Origin: Eledone cirrhosa
Lineage: Eukaryota
Length of the DNA: 64,000 bases
Assembly: GCA_964016885.1 (NCBI GenBank)
Contig: OZ024742.1
Coordinates: forward strand, 74,276,001 to 74,340,000
Direction of reading: 5' to 3'
The position numbers and the translations under genes are program-made. Each line of letters starts with the position of its first letter. The first letter of the stretch is position 1. The notes under the pieces were generated by a model. That model ran no database searches. It saw only the letters and a program-made list of their open reading frames with translations, and was not told the DNA's origin. Shown one piece after another: positions 41,637-57,933 of this stretch.

Positions 41637-43080
41637 AGGAGAACAGTCAGGAATTAGAAGACCATGGAAAGCATCCAGCAAATAGCTAACTCCACCCACC
41701 AGAGTATTAAAGTTACTATAGACTACCCAAATAAACACCCCAACCATAGATTACCCGTACTAGACACAGAACTCTGGTTGGAAACTATTAGTAATAGAAC
41801 GCAAATCCTCCATTCGCATTATGCCAAACCCATGACCTCCAAATACCTGATCCACCGAAACTCAGCTGTTTTGGATCACATAAAAATCAACATACTGATT
41901 GCAGACTTAGTAAGAGTGATGAGGAACGTGTCCCGCATGTGCAACCCCAAAGAATTAGAGAGAGACATACAACACTTCATCAATCACATGCAGTTCTCTG
42001 GCTACAGTCAGAGAGACAAGATCAGGGTATATAAAGGAGCTAGAGCCAAATGGGCAAAAATTGTAGAAAAGGATGCAAATAGAACTTGCCCCATGTATAG
42101 GAGAACATTTTCGAACAGAATAGAAAGGATTAGGAATAAGGCAAATAAAATAAACTCATGGTATGATAGCAATGAATACCAGAGTGTAATGTTCGTCCAT
42201 ACAACCCCTAGGGGCGAACTAGCTTATAGATTTAGAAGGGCCCTAGACAAGCTCAAATTCAATATTATGATAGTTGAAAGACCAGGTATTCCCATAAAAA
42301 CCCTAATTAGCAAAACATACCCATTTCAAAGATCCCCCTGTGCTGATAGGAAATGCATAGTCTGCAAGCTAAGCCCACAAATTAACTGCAAAACTAGGAA
42401 CGAAGTATACAGCATAAGATGTAACGAGGGACAGTGTAGGAATAAGAATATAACATTTACAGGTGAAACAGCCCGTAGCATAGGAGAAAGGATAAATGAA
42501 CACTTACTAGAACTCCAGAATTGGAAAAACTCATCAGTACTCCACCAACATGCCGAAATAGAACAAGAGGTACATTAGAGAACACAGAAAAGATGCAATG
42601 CTCAGAAAAATCACAGAGGCGACAAACATAAACGAACTCCAACCAAAATTAAGCAGAAAACATTGAGTGGGATAGCAACATCACAGCTAGTAATTAAGGA
42701 CAAAATGATGACATACAGACACGCACAAAAAAACAAACTAACAAAACAAATCAGACACACACAGATAGAACAAACAACCAGCTAGTGACAAGTAAATAAA
42801 CACATAAATAACACACCCGGATGTAACGCATGCACAATCTAAGCACACAACGCACAAAAACAAGATGGTGTAGGGCAGAACAAAGTAGAGACACACAAAA
42901 TAAAAACCTAGTCACCGAGAAGGTCACAGAATGTGTGATAAAAGAGCTTTGACAATATATAAACAACTTTCCGGTTATCGAACCAACCGGCCAACCGGAA
43001 ATTTATAATAAATTGAAATGAAAACCAACAGGTGCATGTGTTTTTATTGGCAACATGACCCTCCCAAAGTATAACAATAT
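41637..43080 (+). mobile_element. 5'-truncated Penelope-like element: RT thumb, Cys linker, GIY-YIG (ORF 41664-42578), 3' UTR with decayed HHR at about 42910-42953
   Basis: LPVLDTELW, HYAKPM, C..C..C..C linker, VYSIRC..FTGETARSIGERINEH. Confidence 0.85.
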
Positions 43081-43137
43081 CTATTTCAACACACGTTTTC
43101 GGATAAGAAATCTCGCAAAACAAATTCAAAAACGAAT

Positions 43138-43263
<126 letters not shown>

Positions 43264-44065
43264 CTTTCCTTATGCATATTAACGGCTGAGCAGCCTAATT
43301 TGCATATCGAGTGAGTTAGTCGGCCGGGCGTACCGGAAACGATAAATGGAAAAGAATGAAACGAAATTTCATTTCTCACTCTTAGTACGGCTGATACCTA
43401 AATATAAGTATGCATACGTACATACATATATGCGTACAGACGTACAGTAGTATGTATATATATATATACATACATGCACACATATATATATATGTACGTA
43501 TGGGTTTACCGAACATTTATTACGCCGTACAGTGTTCGGCAACCATCGTCGCCTTTTTGTTCAACACTGACACAGGAACGACGTACTAGTTTCAAGCTTA
43601 TTAGCTATCGTCAGCATCGTATACCTTCCTGTCAGATGATTGAACGTTTGAAAGTATATACTTTCCTTATGCATACAAATAATGAATCAAAACATATCAA
43701 ATATGTTTAGAATTTTGTGTTTCTCTATAAGCAAGCTCAATAGACTTTATCTAGAATCATAATAACCAAATTAAAAGATATATGTTTATATATAGAGAGA
43801 ACGAGCCATATATCGTAAAAGAAACACGGTTTATTGTATATATACCAAATACATATGCTATAGAAGAATATATACACAGGTGGAATCCAAGTGTACTCAT
43901 CAGAGGTTTATTCTCACTATTCTAAGGGAAATATAGAATGAAAATGGTAAATAAATCAATATACCTGTGAAAATCTACATTTAAATCCATCTCGACCGTC
44001 GTGCTGAGAACCATATGGTGTAATCACGTTAAACCTATGGCGAATAGATATCCACAAGGTGGACG

Positions 44066-44488
44066 ATAACTCCGCTAGAAATAGGAGCGGTGAATATAGC
44101 CACCGAGCTCAACAGGTTAAGAGGTTTGGACCGGTTAAATACAAATAAGGAATCAAAACATCTAATATGTTTACAAGTTGAACTTAGCTGAGAAACATAA
44201 AATTCTAAGCATATTTGATGTTTTGATTCGGCAGTATCGGTAGAGTGTCGGACACCATGCTTGCAGCAAAGAGTTACGGCCCTTTATGATCTGAGTTCAA
44301 ATCCAACTGAGGTTAACTTTGCCTTTCATCCTTACAGGGTCGATAAAATAAAGTACCAGTAATACACTGAGATAATTGCTGGCCTTGTGCCAAAAGTAGA
44401 AACAATTATTTGTATTTAACGGCTCCCAAACTCTTAACTTGTTGAGCTCGGTGGTTATAATCACCGCTTCTATTTCTAGCGGAGTTAT
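44066..44488. mobile_element. Fold-back/MITE with about 83-bp inverted arms, interrupted by a SINE at 44230-44410 (+)
   Basis: 44066-44148 is the reverse complement of 44406-44488; inner arms GAATCAAAACATC/GATGTTTTGATTC. Confidence 0.7.
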
Positions 44489-44489
44489 G

Positions 44490-45540
44490 GAAGACGATGG
44501 AGTGGCCAGGGGTGTCCGGTTTGTGTATTTTGGGGAAGAAATAGATGGTGAAGGTACGGGGTGTGCAGATCATAAGGTGCACACTCCGTAGTGAGGTGAT
44601 GAGTTCGCGTAAAGTGGAGAATACTTGTTGTTAGTAGCGAGGGGTGGCATCATAGGACAGGGGGCGGTAGAAGAGGAGATTGCGGAGCTACAGTAAAACC
44701 TCCGTTTGTCATCATGGTATCAGAGAGAGAGAAGTGCGACGATTTTGATCAAGGGGATGTTGCATTGTTGGTAGCGTTTCCGGAAATTGAACCGATTCAC
44801 CATGGGTGGCAGGTGTCGATGAAAGTGTTTAGAGTGTTGAATTGTCCATGTAGTGGCGTTCAAATGTAATGGTCGCCGACCCAGGTCCTTAAGGCAGCTA
44901 GAATTGTTCTGAGTCTGTATATTGCCGTAAGAATGTGCTTGCAATTTTATGCGGCGCAGGAACCACCGTACAACGTCCGTGCAGGTCCGAAATTTGTCGC
45001 TGGAAGGTGTGAGGAGTATGAAACGCAGACCTCTACTGAGGAGGGAACCTTCAGATTTCGAGAGAGGCTGGTCGGCGGATAGAGTGACAACAAATTGTGG
45101 GTCTGAGAGGGATTCGGTGGGATGGGGGTGGGGTCAGGAGGGTTTGATGCGGAGTAGGTAGCTGGAAGAAAGTGGGATGTGGAGGAGAGTGTGTTGGTGG
45201 GAGAGGAACACCATGGCGGTGGAATGAAGGGGAAGATTGAGTTTGCAGAGTTTAGTGGATGTGAGGAATGGAAGAGTATGTGGATAAAGAGAAGTATCGA
45301 ATGTTCGTGAAAAGGGTGACAGGTGTAATAGAGAAGGAGAAAGGTTTGGAGGAGTTCAAAGTTGCTGGGGCGGATTTGGGAGAAGGTGGAACGAAAAGTG
45401 GCACGAATGAAAAGGCGGAAGGATCGGTGAAGATGAGTTGTGTGTGTATGTGTGTGGGGGAACGAGAGTAGGTTGTGGGGTGGAAGTGGAGGCGAACCCC
45501 ATGCGGATAAGCTGTTGATGAAGGCAGTGTCCCAGGAAGG
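44490..45540 (-). pseudogene. Degraded PLE ORF N-terminal region
   Basis: SLLSRGLRF..TP and LRRIKLQAH on the minus strand. Confidence 0.5.
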
Positions 45541-46278
45541 TGTGGCTGGAATACCAGGTTTTTGCGAAGAGAAATAAGAAAGGTGGAGTCTATAACACTT
45601 AAGAATTTACACATACAAACCTACACACAATGTATTCTCTATCTTAATTATGCTGCTACAATGGCAGGATCTGGGTTCTAATCCTACACTTGTTCATGTA
45701 AATAGTTATTTCTCCAAAGTTACAGTTACAGTTAATCCTCTACGCCACTTGTACAATTACGTTGAACATATATGTAATTATATTCTAGAAATATATTATA
45801 AATATATCATTCTTATTTTTAATCACTTCCACCTGCTAGTAACCAACTTAAACTTATAGGGTTTCTCTTATGCAAAACATTAATCTATGAAGGCACAAAT
45901 TTCTTATTTTGTGTGATGCTTCATATATCTGGTAATCCTGGTATATATATATATATGAACTCCGAAAATGAAATACGTTAAACGCTATTGCCGTCATAAT
46001 TGACGACAAGGGTCCAATACTAATTTAAGAATTGCTATTTTAAAGCAGTTAATTTTTTAAAACCAAATTTAAAAAATATATCTAAGTATTTACGCAACAA
46101 GGGAGAGTACTCAAACCTTAATTATCTCCCTTACATTACATTACATTTTATCATTTTTGTGTTAAAACAAAGCATTTATCCATTGACTGCTTATCAACAA
46201 AACTGGATATCCAAAACTTTAACATGAATTATGTACAATATTCTGTCGGTCAGTCTGTCTGTCTGAGTGTCTGTCTGT

Positions 46279-46433
<155 letters not shown>

Positions 46434-46774
46434 TGCGCGCGCGTCTCTGTATGTATGTATGCCAGGTATCTCCTCAGTGCTATTGATAACGTGTAACCCA
46501 GTACAACCTGTCACATGGTTGGGTCATCGGTGACTAAACCGGCAACCCCACTAAGCTTGCTTGGTGAGGTGGGTGTTTTGGGCACCATGCAGGATGAAAA
46601 GCGAAACCTGACAAAGAGCGGATGAACTCATGAGAGTCAACGGCCATGCAATACTATGTACATATGTATATATTGAGTGGCTGTGTGAATGGCTGTATGT
46701 TTTTTTTTACATCTTTATCTTTTATATTTTAATATTTTACATATATCTTAACCTTTTAACCAATTAAAACTAAA

Positions 46775-47620
46775 TCTTGGAAAAAAAGCTGGCCTAGATG
46801 GTCTCTTTGCTGAGATCTGAATGGCTGGAGAAGTCCCAAAGGAATGGAGAGATACTATAATGATTCCTCTGTACAAGGACAAAGGTACTCGTTAACCTTG
46901 CGGAAGCTATAGTAGTATAGCTTTTTTATGCACAAAAGGAAAAATAAAACAAAGGTAGATGTTGATAACGCTTGTCTTCTTACAAGCCTTCTTTATTCTT
47001 GTAAGATTTGTGTGATTTACAGGAATCATTTAAAATTATTGGGTCACTTCCACCTAAGCTGTATAAGATCAATCTTGGGTACCCACTGCTTCTCGCATGT
47101 TCCAGACACAGAAGTACTGGAACAAGCTGATACACTCAGTATAGAAGATTTCATACACAAGCACCGCCTTCGCTGTGCAGGACATCTGATGCGGCTGGAT
47201 GATAGCTGTATTCCCAAGCAGATGGGAATACGGTAAAAACCCAAGAAGCGTTTCAAGGACTGTGTCAAAGACTCGGTGTTGCAACTTGATATCGGCCTTC
47301 ACGTACGACAAGTGGAGGCTGGTGACAGAAATAAGTGGAGAAAAAAACATATATGAAGGATATCGATAAATCCATGCAAAGAAAGTAAGCTGGGCAAAGA
47401 CCAAAAGAATTTCCCGCAAGGGAGAGAATGTAGACCCAGCGGTTTCTCAGTTTGTTTGCCATACATGTAGCCGAATATGCCTGTCATACACAGGACTCCA
47501 GAGTCACCACAGGAGTCACAGTTCGTCAACAGAATATGCCAAGTTCATTGTTGCAGACCCACTTACTTGTGTTGTATGCAGCAAAATCTGAAAAGCCGCT
47601 CTGAACTCACAAGACACTTA
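46775..47620 (+). pseudogene. RTE-clade LINE fragments
   Basis: VPKEWRDTIMIPLYKDKG, LLYSC, HRLRCAGHLMRLDDSCIPKQ. Confidence 0.75.
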
Positions 47621-47735
47621 ATGTTCTGATTTCAAATCCTACCTAGGTTAGCTTTACCTTTTATCCTTACGGAGACGATAAAATAAAGTACCAGTAATGC
47701 ATTGGGGTTGATTTAATTGACTTTCCCCTCTCGCA
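47621..47735 (+). mobile_element. Partial Meta-like SINE
   Basis: TTCAAATCC B-box followed by the core. Confidence 0.65.
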
Positions 47736-47744
47736 AAATTGTTT

Positions 47745-48760
<1,016 letters not shown>

Positions 48761-49822
48761 GAGCATTTCTAAAGGACCTCTTTCCCAACTCTCACGATGC
48801 TATCTGTCTCGTGTAGACAGATAGCATCATGAGAGTTGCTTGTTTTTGTCTCAGTCGAAACTTGGTGGATATGCAGCTTTGACAACCACTAACAAGTGAG
48901 AAACAACGTTGTCAGTGGCTTCTTTTTTTTTTTGCTGAGACTATGGCTGTGTGATAGCGGTCATAACCTTAAAAAACATAGCGGAAGGCTGTCAAATGTT
49001 TTTCCTAAATATCCTATATACAACACGTACACACACACGCAGACACATACATATATATATATATGTACACCCCCCATACTGTATTGTATGCTAAATGTAA
49101 ATGTTAAATTATCATAATATACCAAGAGATCTATTTCAAGTTCTCATATTTTATCGTTAAATACTACTGATATCATTTCCCCAAAATTCCAGGGGCTGAT
49201 GTGGTTTCTAAATGAAGGAAGAATTTCTATAAAAAGCAAAATATAGTCTGTTTGAAATGTTACATTTTTCTACTTACGAAAAACTAATATTTTATTAAAC
49301 GATTTCTGAGGAAGACCAGTTATTGAAATGAGTTTGTTATCGTCGATTATACATAATAGATGCTCATATTATCGATTAATGAATGAAAATAAAATCTGTC
49401 AAAATAAACACAATTCAAGCGTGATACGTAACTGAATATTCTATTTAATTCAACATCTTAAAATTTTAGACATTCACGGCCTTGTTGATCAAGAGTGGTT
49501 CGACAAATCATTTTCTTAAACAGGCATAAAAAAAAATTAACAATTTGTGATGTAAGGGAGGTAATTAATATTTGAGTACTCTCCCTTGTTTCGTGAAGTA
49601 GATAAAAATCTCGGGTTAATATTTTTTGCCAGTTGTTGAAAATGTTGACTTCGTTTCAATAGCAAAACTTAAATTATTTCTATAGTTTTTTTACCCTTAT
49701 ACTAAATATTTTATTTCAATTGACATTATATAATAATATGTAATATTTGTTTGCTACATTAGATTTGAAATATTTCAAAATTTATTGAAGTTTTCATACA
49801 TAGTTTATGATAATACGAACTA

Positions 49823-50020
49823 CGTGGGTCGACTGAAAAGTTCATAGGCTGACCAAAATACTCTCGTAGAATAACCAAATGAGGTTTATTTTTTAAATAG
49901 TCCCTGGAAAAGAAACAATGCAATTATTAATAAGAAGAGATTAAATGAATGCATGCAAGATTTCACATCTCTAGCATGACTTGTTCATAGCCAGCCTATG
50001 AACTTTTCAGCCGATCCTCG
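49823..50020. mobile_element. Mariner-type MITE, about 200 bp, TA target duplication
   Basis: TA|CGTGGGTCGACTGAAAAGTTCATAGGCTG ... CAGCCTATGAACTTTTCAGCCGATCCTCG|TA. Confidence 0.85.
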
Positions 50021-51109
50021 TATTATAGAACTGGAAGGCGCGCTTAGAATTTACACATTTCCCACCTATGGAAAGGATTAGTAAGAGAAAAATAGGTTTG
50101 ATATTTGGAGCAATTTTATTTAGATATTTTATTTAAAAAATCTACAAGCTTAGATTCGGTTGTCCCCAGTTTACTTAAACGTACAACTACTCACGCACAC
50201 ATGCACGCACACGCCCCCCCCCCACCCACACTCACACACATAACTTACATGTACTTATGAACACCATACATACATATATACATGGTGGCAGCAACTTGAT
50301 TTCGAGTAATGCCATCTCTTGATACTTGAGCATGAGTATCACGGATGTTGTTTTTTAGTCCAGCTTGGGACTTGCCTATGACCAGCAATACCATGCATCG
50401 CAAAGAATGTTACATGTCAAGCGATATACATACACCCCACACACACATACGCACACATACATACATACATGATGGCTGCCCCCTCGTTATCGAGTATGGC
50501 CATTGCACGATATACCATTATTAATAATTATTAATTAATTCTATCGTGCAATGCCTGTGCGTGAATATATTTTTTAAAGTGAGGAAAGACTGTGCACTGA
50601 GCCAATCCCACTATCTGAGCGACAGTAGCTATAACCGAAAAGATGTAAAAATCAACATCATCGGTAACTACTGAGCTGCAGGTTTTATATCGGAGTTATC
50701 CCAGTTTCCTGAGTTGCCTTCTCCTAGAAGAATGACCTGAGAAAGGCTAGGGGTCCTTCACTCCCAGTGGTTTAACCGCGCGATGGAGTGTCCATCCCGA
50801 CTATTTCTATGTCCCCGCGCATATACATACACATGCACCCATGTATATACACATATACATATACATACATATGTACATGTGTATATACATATTTACACAC
50901 TTTTGGATGGCTGTTGACCCTTATGAGTTCTTCCGCCCTTTGTCAGGTTTTGTTTTTTGTCCTGCAGGGTGTCCAAAATCACCCTCCTCACCAAGTAAAC
51001 TTGGTGGGGTGCCGGTTTAGTCGCCGACGACCCGACTATGCGACAGGTTGTACTGGGTTACATGTTACCAGTAGCACTCAAGAGTGACCCCACACATACA
51101 TACATACAG

Positions 51110-51925
51110 ACAGAACTAACATCGAAGATCTCACCCATGTCATCAGCAGCTGTCCAAAGATATCATCGCGGTACTATCTACCAATGAGGCATGATGTAGT
51201 GGCCAAAACACTGTACAACGCAATGCGTAGAAAAGATAGCCCCGATAATAAACACATTAAAAGCCACAGCAATGTGGAAGACATCCATGTACATAATATG
51301 AAAGAGTACTGATGGAATGTTCCAGTAAAAACCCCAATAAAATGCAGGCATAACAGACCAGATATTATGATATGTGACAGGGAAAAGAAAGCATGCACAG
51401 TAGTGGAAGTTAGCTGCCCAGCAGATGCCAATATAATATCAAAGATTAGCGAAAAGGAGAATATTTATGCAGAACTGATGAGAAATCTGTAGATACTCCA
51501 CCCTGACTATACCTTCAGATTTATGCCTGTGATTATTGGGGCACTGGGATATATTAGTAACTGCCCCTATACAAATCTTGAGAAGCTGGGCTTCACAGGA
51601 ACAGAAAGAACAGAACTAGTTAGGAAATTACAAGTACAATCCAATTACAGTAAAAATATGTAAAACATTCCAAAAATGTTGCATCTAATAACTGCTTATA
51701 TACATGTACAGATACAAAGCATATATACATGCACACATACAACTCAAAACATACACATCCACACATACAATAACATCCATATATACACATGCATGCGTGC
51801 AGACATGCATACATAATCTACCTAGTTGACGTTGTGTAAATTCCAATGAGAGAGTCTTGTGTCTATGTTAGAAACCGACTCTCTCTCTATTGGTAAAAAT
51901 TTGTGAAATTATAAAACCAGAAGAA
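51110..51925 (+). mobile_element. R4/Dong-like 3' fragment
   Basis: Homologous to 19727-20559; begins and ends in (CATA)n. Confidence 0.9.
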
Positions 51926-51940
51926 CATACATACATACAC

Positions 51941-52939
51941 ATGCAAAAAATCATGCATGGATATGTTGCCAGGAAGCTCCAGAGTGAGAGTAATATAGAT
52001 AAGGAAAGTAGTCTATCTTGGACCAACAACCGCTATATTGGCTCCCACTTTGAAGGATACGTTTTGCAATCCAGGAACAGGAGATTAGCACGAAATACCT
52101 GATTCACAAAAAAGATAGGGATGCAGGCAAAACACCTAGATGTGATAACAAGTGCAGACTCTGCAGAACTAACATCGAGGATATCACCCATGTCATCAGC
52201 AGCTGTCCAAAGATGTCATCGCGGTACTATCTACCTATGAGGCATGATGTATTGGCCAAAACACTGTACAATGCAGTTCGTAAAAAAAGATAGCCCCCAT
52301 AATAAACACATTAAAAGCTACAGCAATGTGGAAGACATCCATGTACATAATATGAAAGAGTACTGGTGGAATGTTCCAGTAAAAATCCCAATAAAATGCA
52401 GGCATAACAGACCAGATATTATGATATGGGACAGGGAGAAGAAAACATGCACAGTAGTGGAAATTAGCTGCCCAGCAGATGCCAATATAATATCAAAGAT
52501 TAGTGAAAAGGAGAATATTTATGCAGAACTGATGAGAAATCTGCAGATACTCCACCCTGATTACACCTTCAGATTTATACCTGTGATTATTGGGGCACTG
52601 GGATATGTTAGGCTTCACAGGAACAGAAGGAACACAACTAGTTAGGAAATTACAAGTACAATCCATTAATGGAACAGTAAAAATATGTAAAACATTCCAA
52701 AAATGTTGCATCTAATAACTGCATATACACATGTACAGATACAAAGCATATACACATGCACACATACAACTCAAAACATCCACATCCACACATACAATAA
52801 CATCCATATCTACACATGCATACATACATATATACCTAGTTGATGTTGTGTAAACTCCAATGAGAGAGTCTTGTGTCTATGTTAGAAACCGACTCTCGCT
52901 CTATTGGTAAAACTTTGTGAAATTATAAAACCAGAAGAA
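51941..52939 (+). mobile_element. R4/Dong-like 3' fragment, directly following the previous copy
   Basis: Homologous to 19505-20559; ends AGAAGAA-(CATA)n. Confidence 0.9.
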
Positions 52940-53029
52940 CATACATACATACATGATGGTTGCAAACTATGCTAAGAGTACTGCAATCGCTTATCCGATT
53001 ATAGTGTTCGGTGTACTTTTAGGCTACGG

Positions 53030-55626
53030 CCAGCCACGCGAACTTGTAAATCAATAGAAAAAAAATCAATAATACAATTTTTTAATAGCTTTAATCTTAA
53101 GTTAGAAATAGAGAATAATTATAAAATAGTTAACTTTTTAGATGTAACATTAAACCTTAATACTGGGCTATACTATCCATTTCATAAAATCAATGAGAAT
53201 TTAAATTATGTTAACTTTAACTCTAATCACCCTAGATCTGTTAAGAACACCATCGTAAATTCCGTACAGCAACGTATTTCTAGAATCTCAGCGAATAACA
53301 ATATATTTGAAGATAAGGCACAATATTATAACGAAGCTTTAAGTAGAGCAGGCTATAATAATGAAATTAAATACATGGACAATAATGATACGTCAATTAA
53401 CCATAATTATTATTATAATTATAATAAGAAACCTAGCACAAACTCTAAAACTAAAAGAAGAAACAGAACTAGAAACATAATTTGGTACGCTCCCCCTTTC
53501 TCAATAAGTATTAAAACACCTTTAGCTAAACTATTTTTTAAAGCTCTTGATAATTGTTTTCCCAAGGCACATAGATATTATTCAATCTTTAACAGACATA
53601 CAATTAAACTATCATACTCTACTACTATGAATTTAGCACAGAATATAAATAGAATCAATAATAGAAATCTAAACCTTAACCAGATTAGCATTAATACATC
53701 TAGCAATATCCAATATAATAATACTGTTCCCAATAATTTAAATTCTGATAATTGTAATTGTAGAATGAAATCTAACTGTCCTTTAAAAAATAACTGTTTA
53801 GTTAAAAATGTGGTTTATAAATGCAATGTCAAAACCAATGATAATTCCTTTAACTATGTTGGCTCTACTTCTACAGACTTCAAATCTCGTTTCAATAACC
53901 ATAAATGTTCGTTTAGGAATATTGGTAAAAAAATTTCTATATCCAGCTTATTATGGAACTTAAAATCCAAGAATATAAACTATTCTTTATCTTGGAATAT
54001 TGTTTCTAAAGCACCTGCCTACACAAACACAGCTTTATCCAACTTATGTGTTGAAGAAATATTCTTTATACTTAAATGTAAGAACTCCATTAATTTGCGT
54101 AATCATTTATTTAGTTCTTGTAAACATCGTTTAAATTCAACTTTTAAATATATACATAAAATGTAATTACACATTTAATCTTCCCTACATAATGTTTACT
54201 CTATCCAAACACCTATAATCTCATTTCTTAAATTATATCCATATATGTTCAGAAATTTAATCTAATTCCAATTTTAATATCTTTTACTTCGTAAATATAT
54301 ATATATAATACACTTCTTAAATTTCTAATTTACTTCTTAAAACCTTTACTTTCTAATATTTCTACCTCATAAATATATTTTTACCTTTATCTATCTTACT
54401 TCCAAAAATATCTTATAATCCTTTCGGAATGATTACTTGAAACTTTAAAAAATCTCTTTCAAATTTTTTGAAAATTTTAAAATGCTTTAAAAAATAAAAA
54501 AAAATATTTTAGAAAATTATATATATAAAAAAATTATTCTTTTTGGTCAACTAATATTTTAATATTTTTGGGATTTTATATTTTCCAATATTTAAACACT
54601 TTTAAATATTTTAAATATTTTAAGTGTTTAAGTATTTTCAAATATTTCCGAATACTTCTTTATAGTTTGAATAATCTTAGATGTTAATTATAATTTATGA
54701 ATAGTTTATAAGTTTTTAAAAAGATTTTTGTGTATCTTTGGAGTCTTTGAGTTTTCTAAAAAATCTCCTAAAACTTCTTTATAGTTTTTTATAATCTGAA
54801 TTTTTATAATCTTAATTTTTAAATGGTTTTAGTATATACTTTTATTTAAGTATTTAATCTTGTGTAAACTCTCGTAATTTGTCGTAATCTTTGTAATTTT
54901 TCTAAGTATTTAAGATTTGACTTAGAACCGATAATAAAATCTAGCTAAATATATTTTTGTCAAACTTATCCCATAATAACTAATAAATAAACAAAACTGG
55001 ATTCTCAATATTTTCCCAATGTAAAACTATCATCTATAACATGACATACCCATCTTTACCCATATATTTTTATTAATATATTTTAATATATTTTAAACAC
55101 ATCTTTATTATAATATATTTTTTAATTTAACATTATTTTTAATTTAACATTATTTTCAATTTATCAAAATTTTTAATTCATCATTATTTTTAATATAAAT
55201 ATAGCATAAAAGAACGATATATTTACGATTTACATCTCTTGATAACCTTATTTCTTCGCTCGTTCTTAATTTTCCCTATTTCTTTCTCCCTTTTTTCTTC
55301 TTTCTTCTCTCTTTCTCTTTCTTCTTTTTTCTTCTCTCTTTCTCTTTCTCTTTTTCTCTCTCTTCTTCCAACAGTATAATCTAAATAAACCGTTGTTTTT
55401 TCAATTCTTTCTGACATTCATTTGCATACTCACACATAACTTTGAATTACCCTAAATAAAATTTTTTTTCCACTATCCAGAGAACCTTCAACCGTCAAGG
55501 TTGTTTTTCTGCGGGTATGTCAACATTTATAAAACAAACTTTGTATTTTATCTGATGAAAGCGCACCAAAATTTGCCTTGGTTGCCCTTGAAATATATAT
55601 AATAAAATAATTCTGGTTTTATATAT

Positions 55627-55698
<72 letters not shown>

Positions 55699-55777
55699 AC
55701 ACTCTACTCTGTATGAATATTGAGTGCTAATTTTGGCATACCGCCTATGGAATCACCATAGCTACCATTATACACAA

Positions 55778-55780
<3 letters not shown>
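53030..55780 (+). mobile_element. 5'-truncated Penelope-like element (Neptune-like Cys linker) with long AT-rich 3' UTR and HHR
   Basis: Open frame about 53070-54166: NFLDVTLNL, SNHP, IIWYAPPFS, CNC..CPL..C, VVYKC..YVGST..FKSRFNNHK. Confidence 0.9.
55545..55608 (+). ncRNA. Type I hammerhead at the PLE 3' end
   Basis: ATTTTAT-CTGATGA-AAG.GCACCAA..TTGG.TGC.CTT-GAAA-TATATA-TA-ATAAAAT with a 7-bp stem I. Confidence 0.8.
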
Positions 55781-55816
<36 letters not shown>

Positions 55817-55822
<6 letters not shown>

Positions 55823-56276
55823 AAGACGCCTCACGCCCCCTGGCGGATAATGGACCAGGCCTAGTTGTCTCCCCCTGGTTGAGAAGACCGAGGAGAGCAG
55901 ACAGCCACGGAAAAGCAGACGGCATACACGCCACAGAAAACAGCCCCTGTACCACGAAATGATAAACAGCCAAGGGAACAGCAAACAGAAAACCCCACAA
56001 TACCTTTGTAATTGTAATACGCTCCCTTCACCACAACTGACCGCGTCTATATTTGGTATGTTTCATTTGTAATATAATAAACACATATAAACAAATTAAA
56101 CATCACCATTATTTACATTTGTTGAATATAATTCTCGTTGTGGTTATTGTCTTGTTTACGCACATACCCACTCACTTTGTTATAATTCTCACTTACAAAA
56201 ATGGTAAATAGACGAGGAACCTTCCCTCACGTCTATGTCGATAAACAATCCAACTAGGATACTTCATTTTACCACA
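55817..56276 (+). repeat. 5' LTR (460 bp)
   Basis: Matches 62837-63294 with about 10 substitutions and one 2-bp indel counted by eye. Confidence 0.97.
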
Positions 56277-56277
56277 C

Positions 56278-56290
56278 TGGTGACCGACGT
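56278..56290 (+). promoter_or_regulatory. Primer-binding site, tRNA-Trp-like
   Basis: TGGTGACCGACGT 1 nt after the LTR; the tRNA-Trp complement is TGGTGACCCCGACGT (2 nt shorter here). Confidence 0.7.
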
Positions 56291-56823
56291 AAGAATTTTA
56301 CGCAGCCTTTTTATTCAGTTGAACTTCACTGTTATTACCACGTTGCCAACCTTTTCGCAACTTACAAAAATACAAGAAAAAAAAAAGGACAGAGAAATAA
56401 TAAAGTGTTTATACCGTATTGACAAGGTATACAAACCAGCCAACATTTTTTTCAAAGATGGCGTTGCTTTCCTTCCCCGTTTTGTAATTTTCCGCCAGGA
56501 CAGGGACATTTTGAATTGCGTCTGTGTGTTCCATATTTGATCAAGGCAAAAAAACATTTTTGTGAACATTACTGCCCCGCAGGGGATACACATGCCTTAC
56601 TTTTTTCCTAAGGGATTTTTAGCCACAGGCTACCTATTGTTGATATCCAACGTGGATATATTCTAAAACAAACATTTTTTTTTCTCTTTTTCACGGGTTA
56701 TTTGATTTGGCTTGCTCGTTGAAGCAACACAAGGGGACAGACGTTGAAGAAGAAAAAAAAAAAAAATATATATGTATTTTACGATAGTAAACTAATGGAA
56801 ATTATATTTATAAAACCATATTT

Positions 56824-56887
56824 ATTTCATTATACATATTTCAGGGATACCATATTAAAAATATGGCATGCCTTCGTCAGATAAAAT
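56824..56887 (-). ncRNA. Type I hammerhead, inverted copy
   Basis: Reverse complement of 58335-58398. Confidence 0.8.
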
Positions 56888-57862
56888 ACAATATATAAAC
56901 TGTTTTATAAATAATGTTGACGTACCATAAATATAAGCCACCATTAAGGTAGGAAGCTGGCTTGGTAGTGAGGTGTTTATAATTATTTAGTTATAGTGTT
57001 AAGCACAGTTAGAAAGAAAGACTAAATATAAGAGCATGCGTAGAACCACAGGGTCTTCTAAATCCTTTAAATAATTTCTGTGCTGATATATTGATATCTG
57101 GTTATCTCTATACAAAGGCCATATGTATTAACATGCATATGGAAAGATTACAGAGTATATTTTATCTGTTCATGTGCTTGTATGTGTGCATAGAGATGCT
57201 GGAACACTCACGCAGATATCTTGTGTATACATATATATGTATATATATATATATGTAGGTATAGTTCTGTATAAGTTACATATATGCATAATATTATATA
57301 CATGAACGATAATCATATGTGTGAGGGCTTGAATATTAATCGTTTATTTTTATATATATATATATAGTGAAATTTTTTATAACACAAGGAAATCTTTTTA
57401 TGACACAAGAAATTATAGAGTTGATCACGTAAAGTCATGTGTATGTCTGTTTTATCGACTAGAGCTTGACATAACTTACTCTTTTTCTTTTTTCAGAAAG
57501 TTTTTGAAGATTTATCTCAGTTTTTGGTACATTGACCTCAGAGTTTTAAACTAAACATATGGTCATTATTGAGCAAAATTATTTTCACACATTATATATC
57601 TATGTCTCATTCATGAATATTGATATTTACATTATATTACCCAGTTCATATGAATTGATAATTCAAATTGATAGGACATGACGTAAAGATGTAACTTTAT
57701 CATCCCTCTCTCTAGATATAGCTCTTTCTTCTCCTCTCTCTTTATATATGATGAAGTTTATGTATCTGTCGTTTTGACTTTGCCTCCCATGTTTCTCTCT
57801 TATTTCTCTCTTGATTTTCACCTCCCCCTATATAATTATTTTTTCTCCCTCTTTCTTTTCCT

Positions 57863-57933
<71 letters not shown>

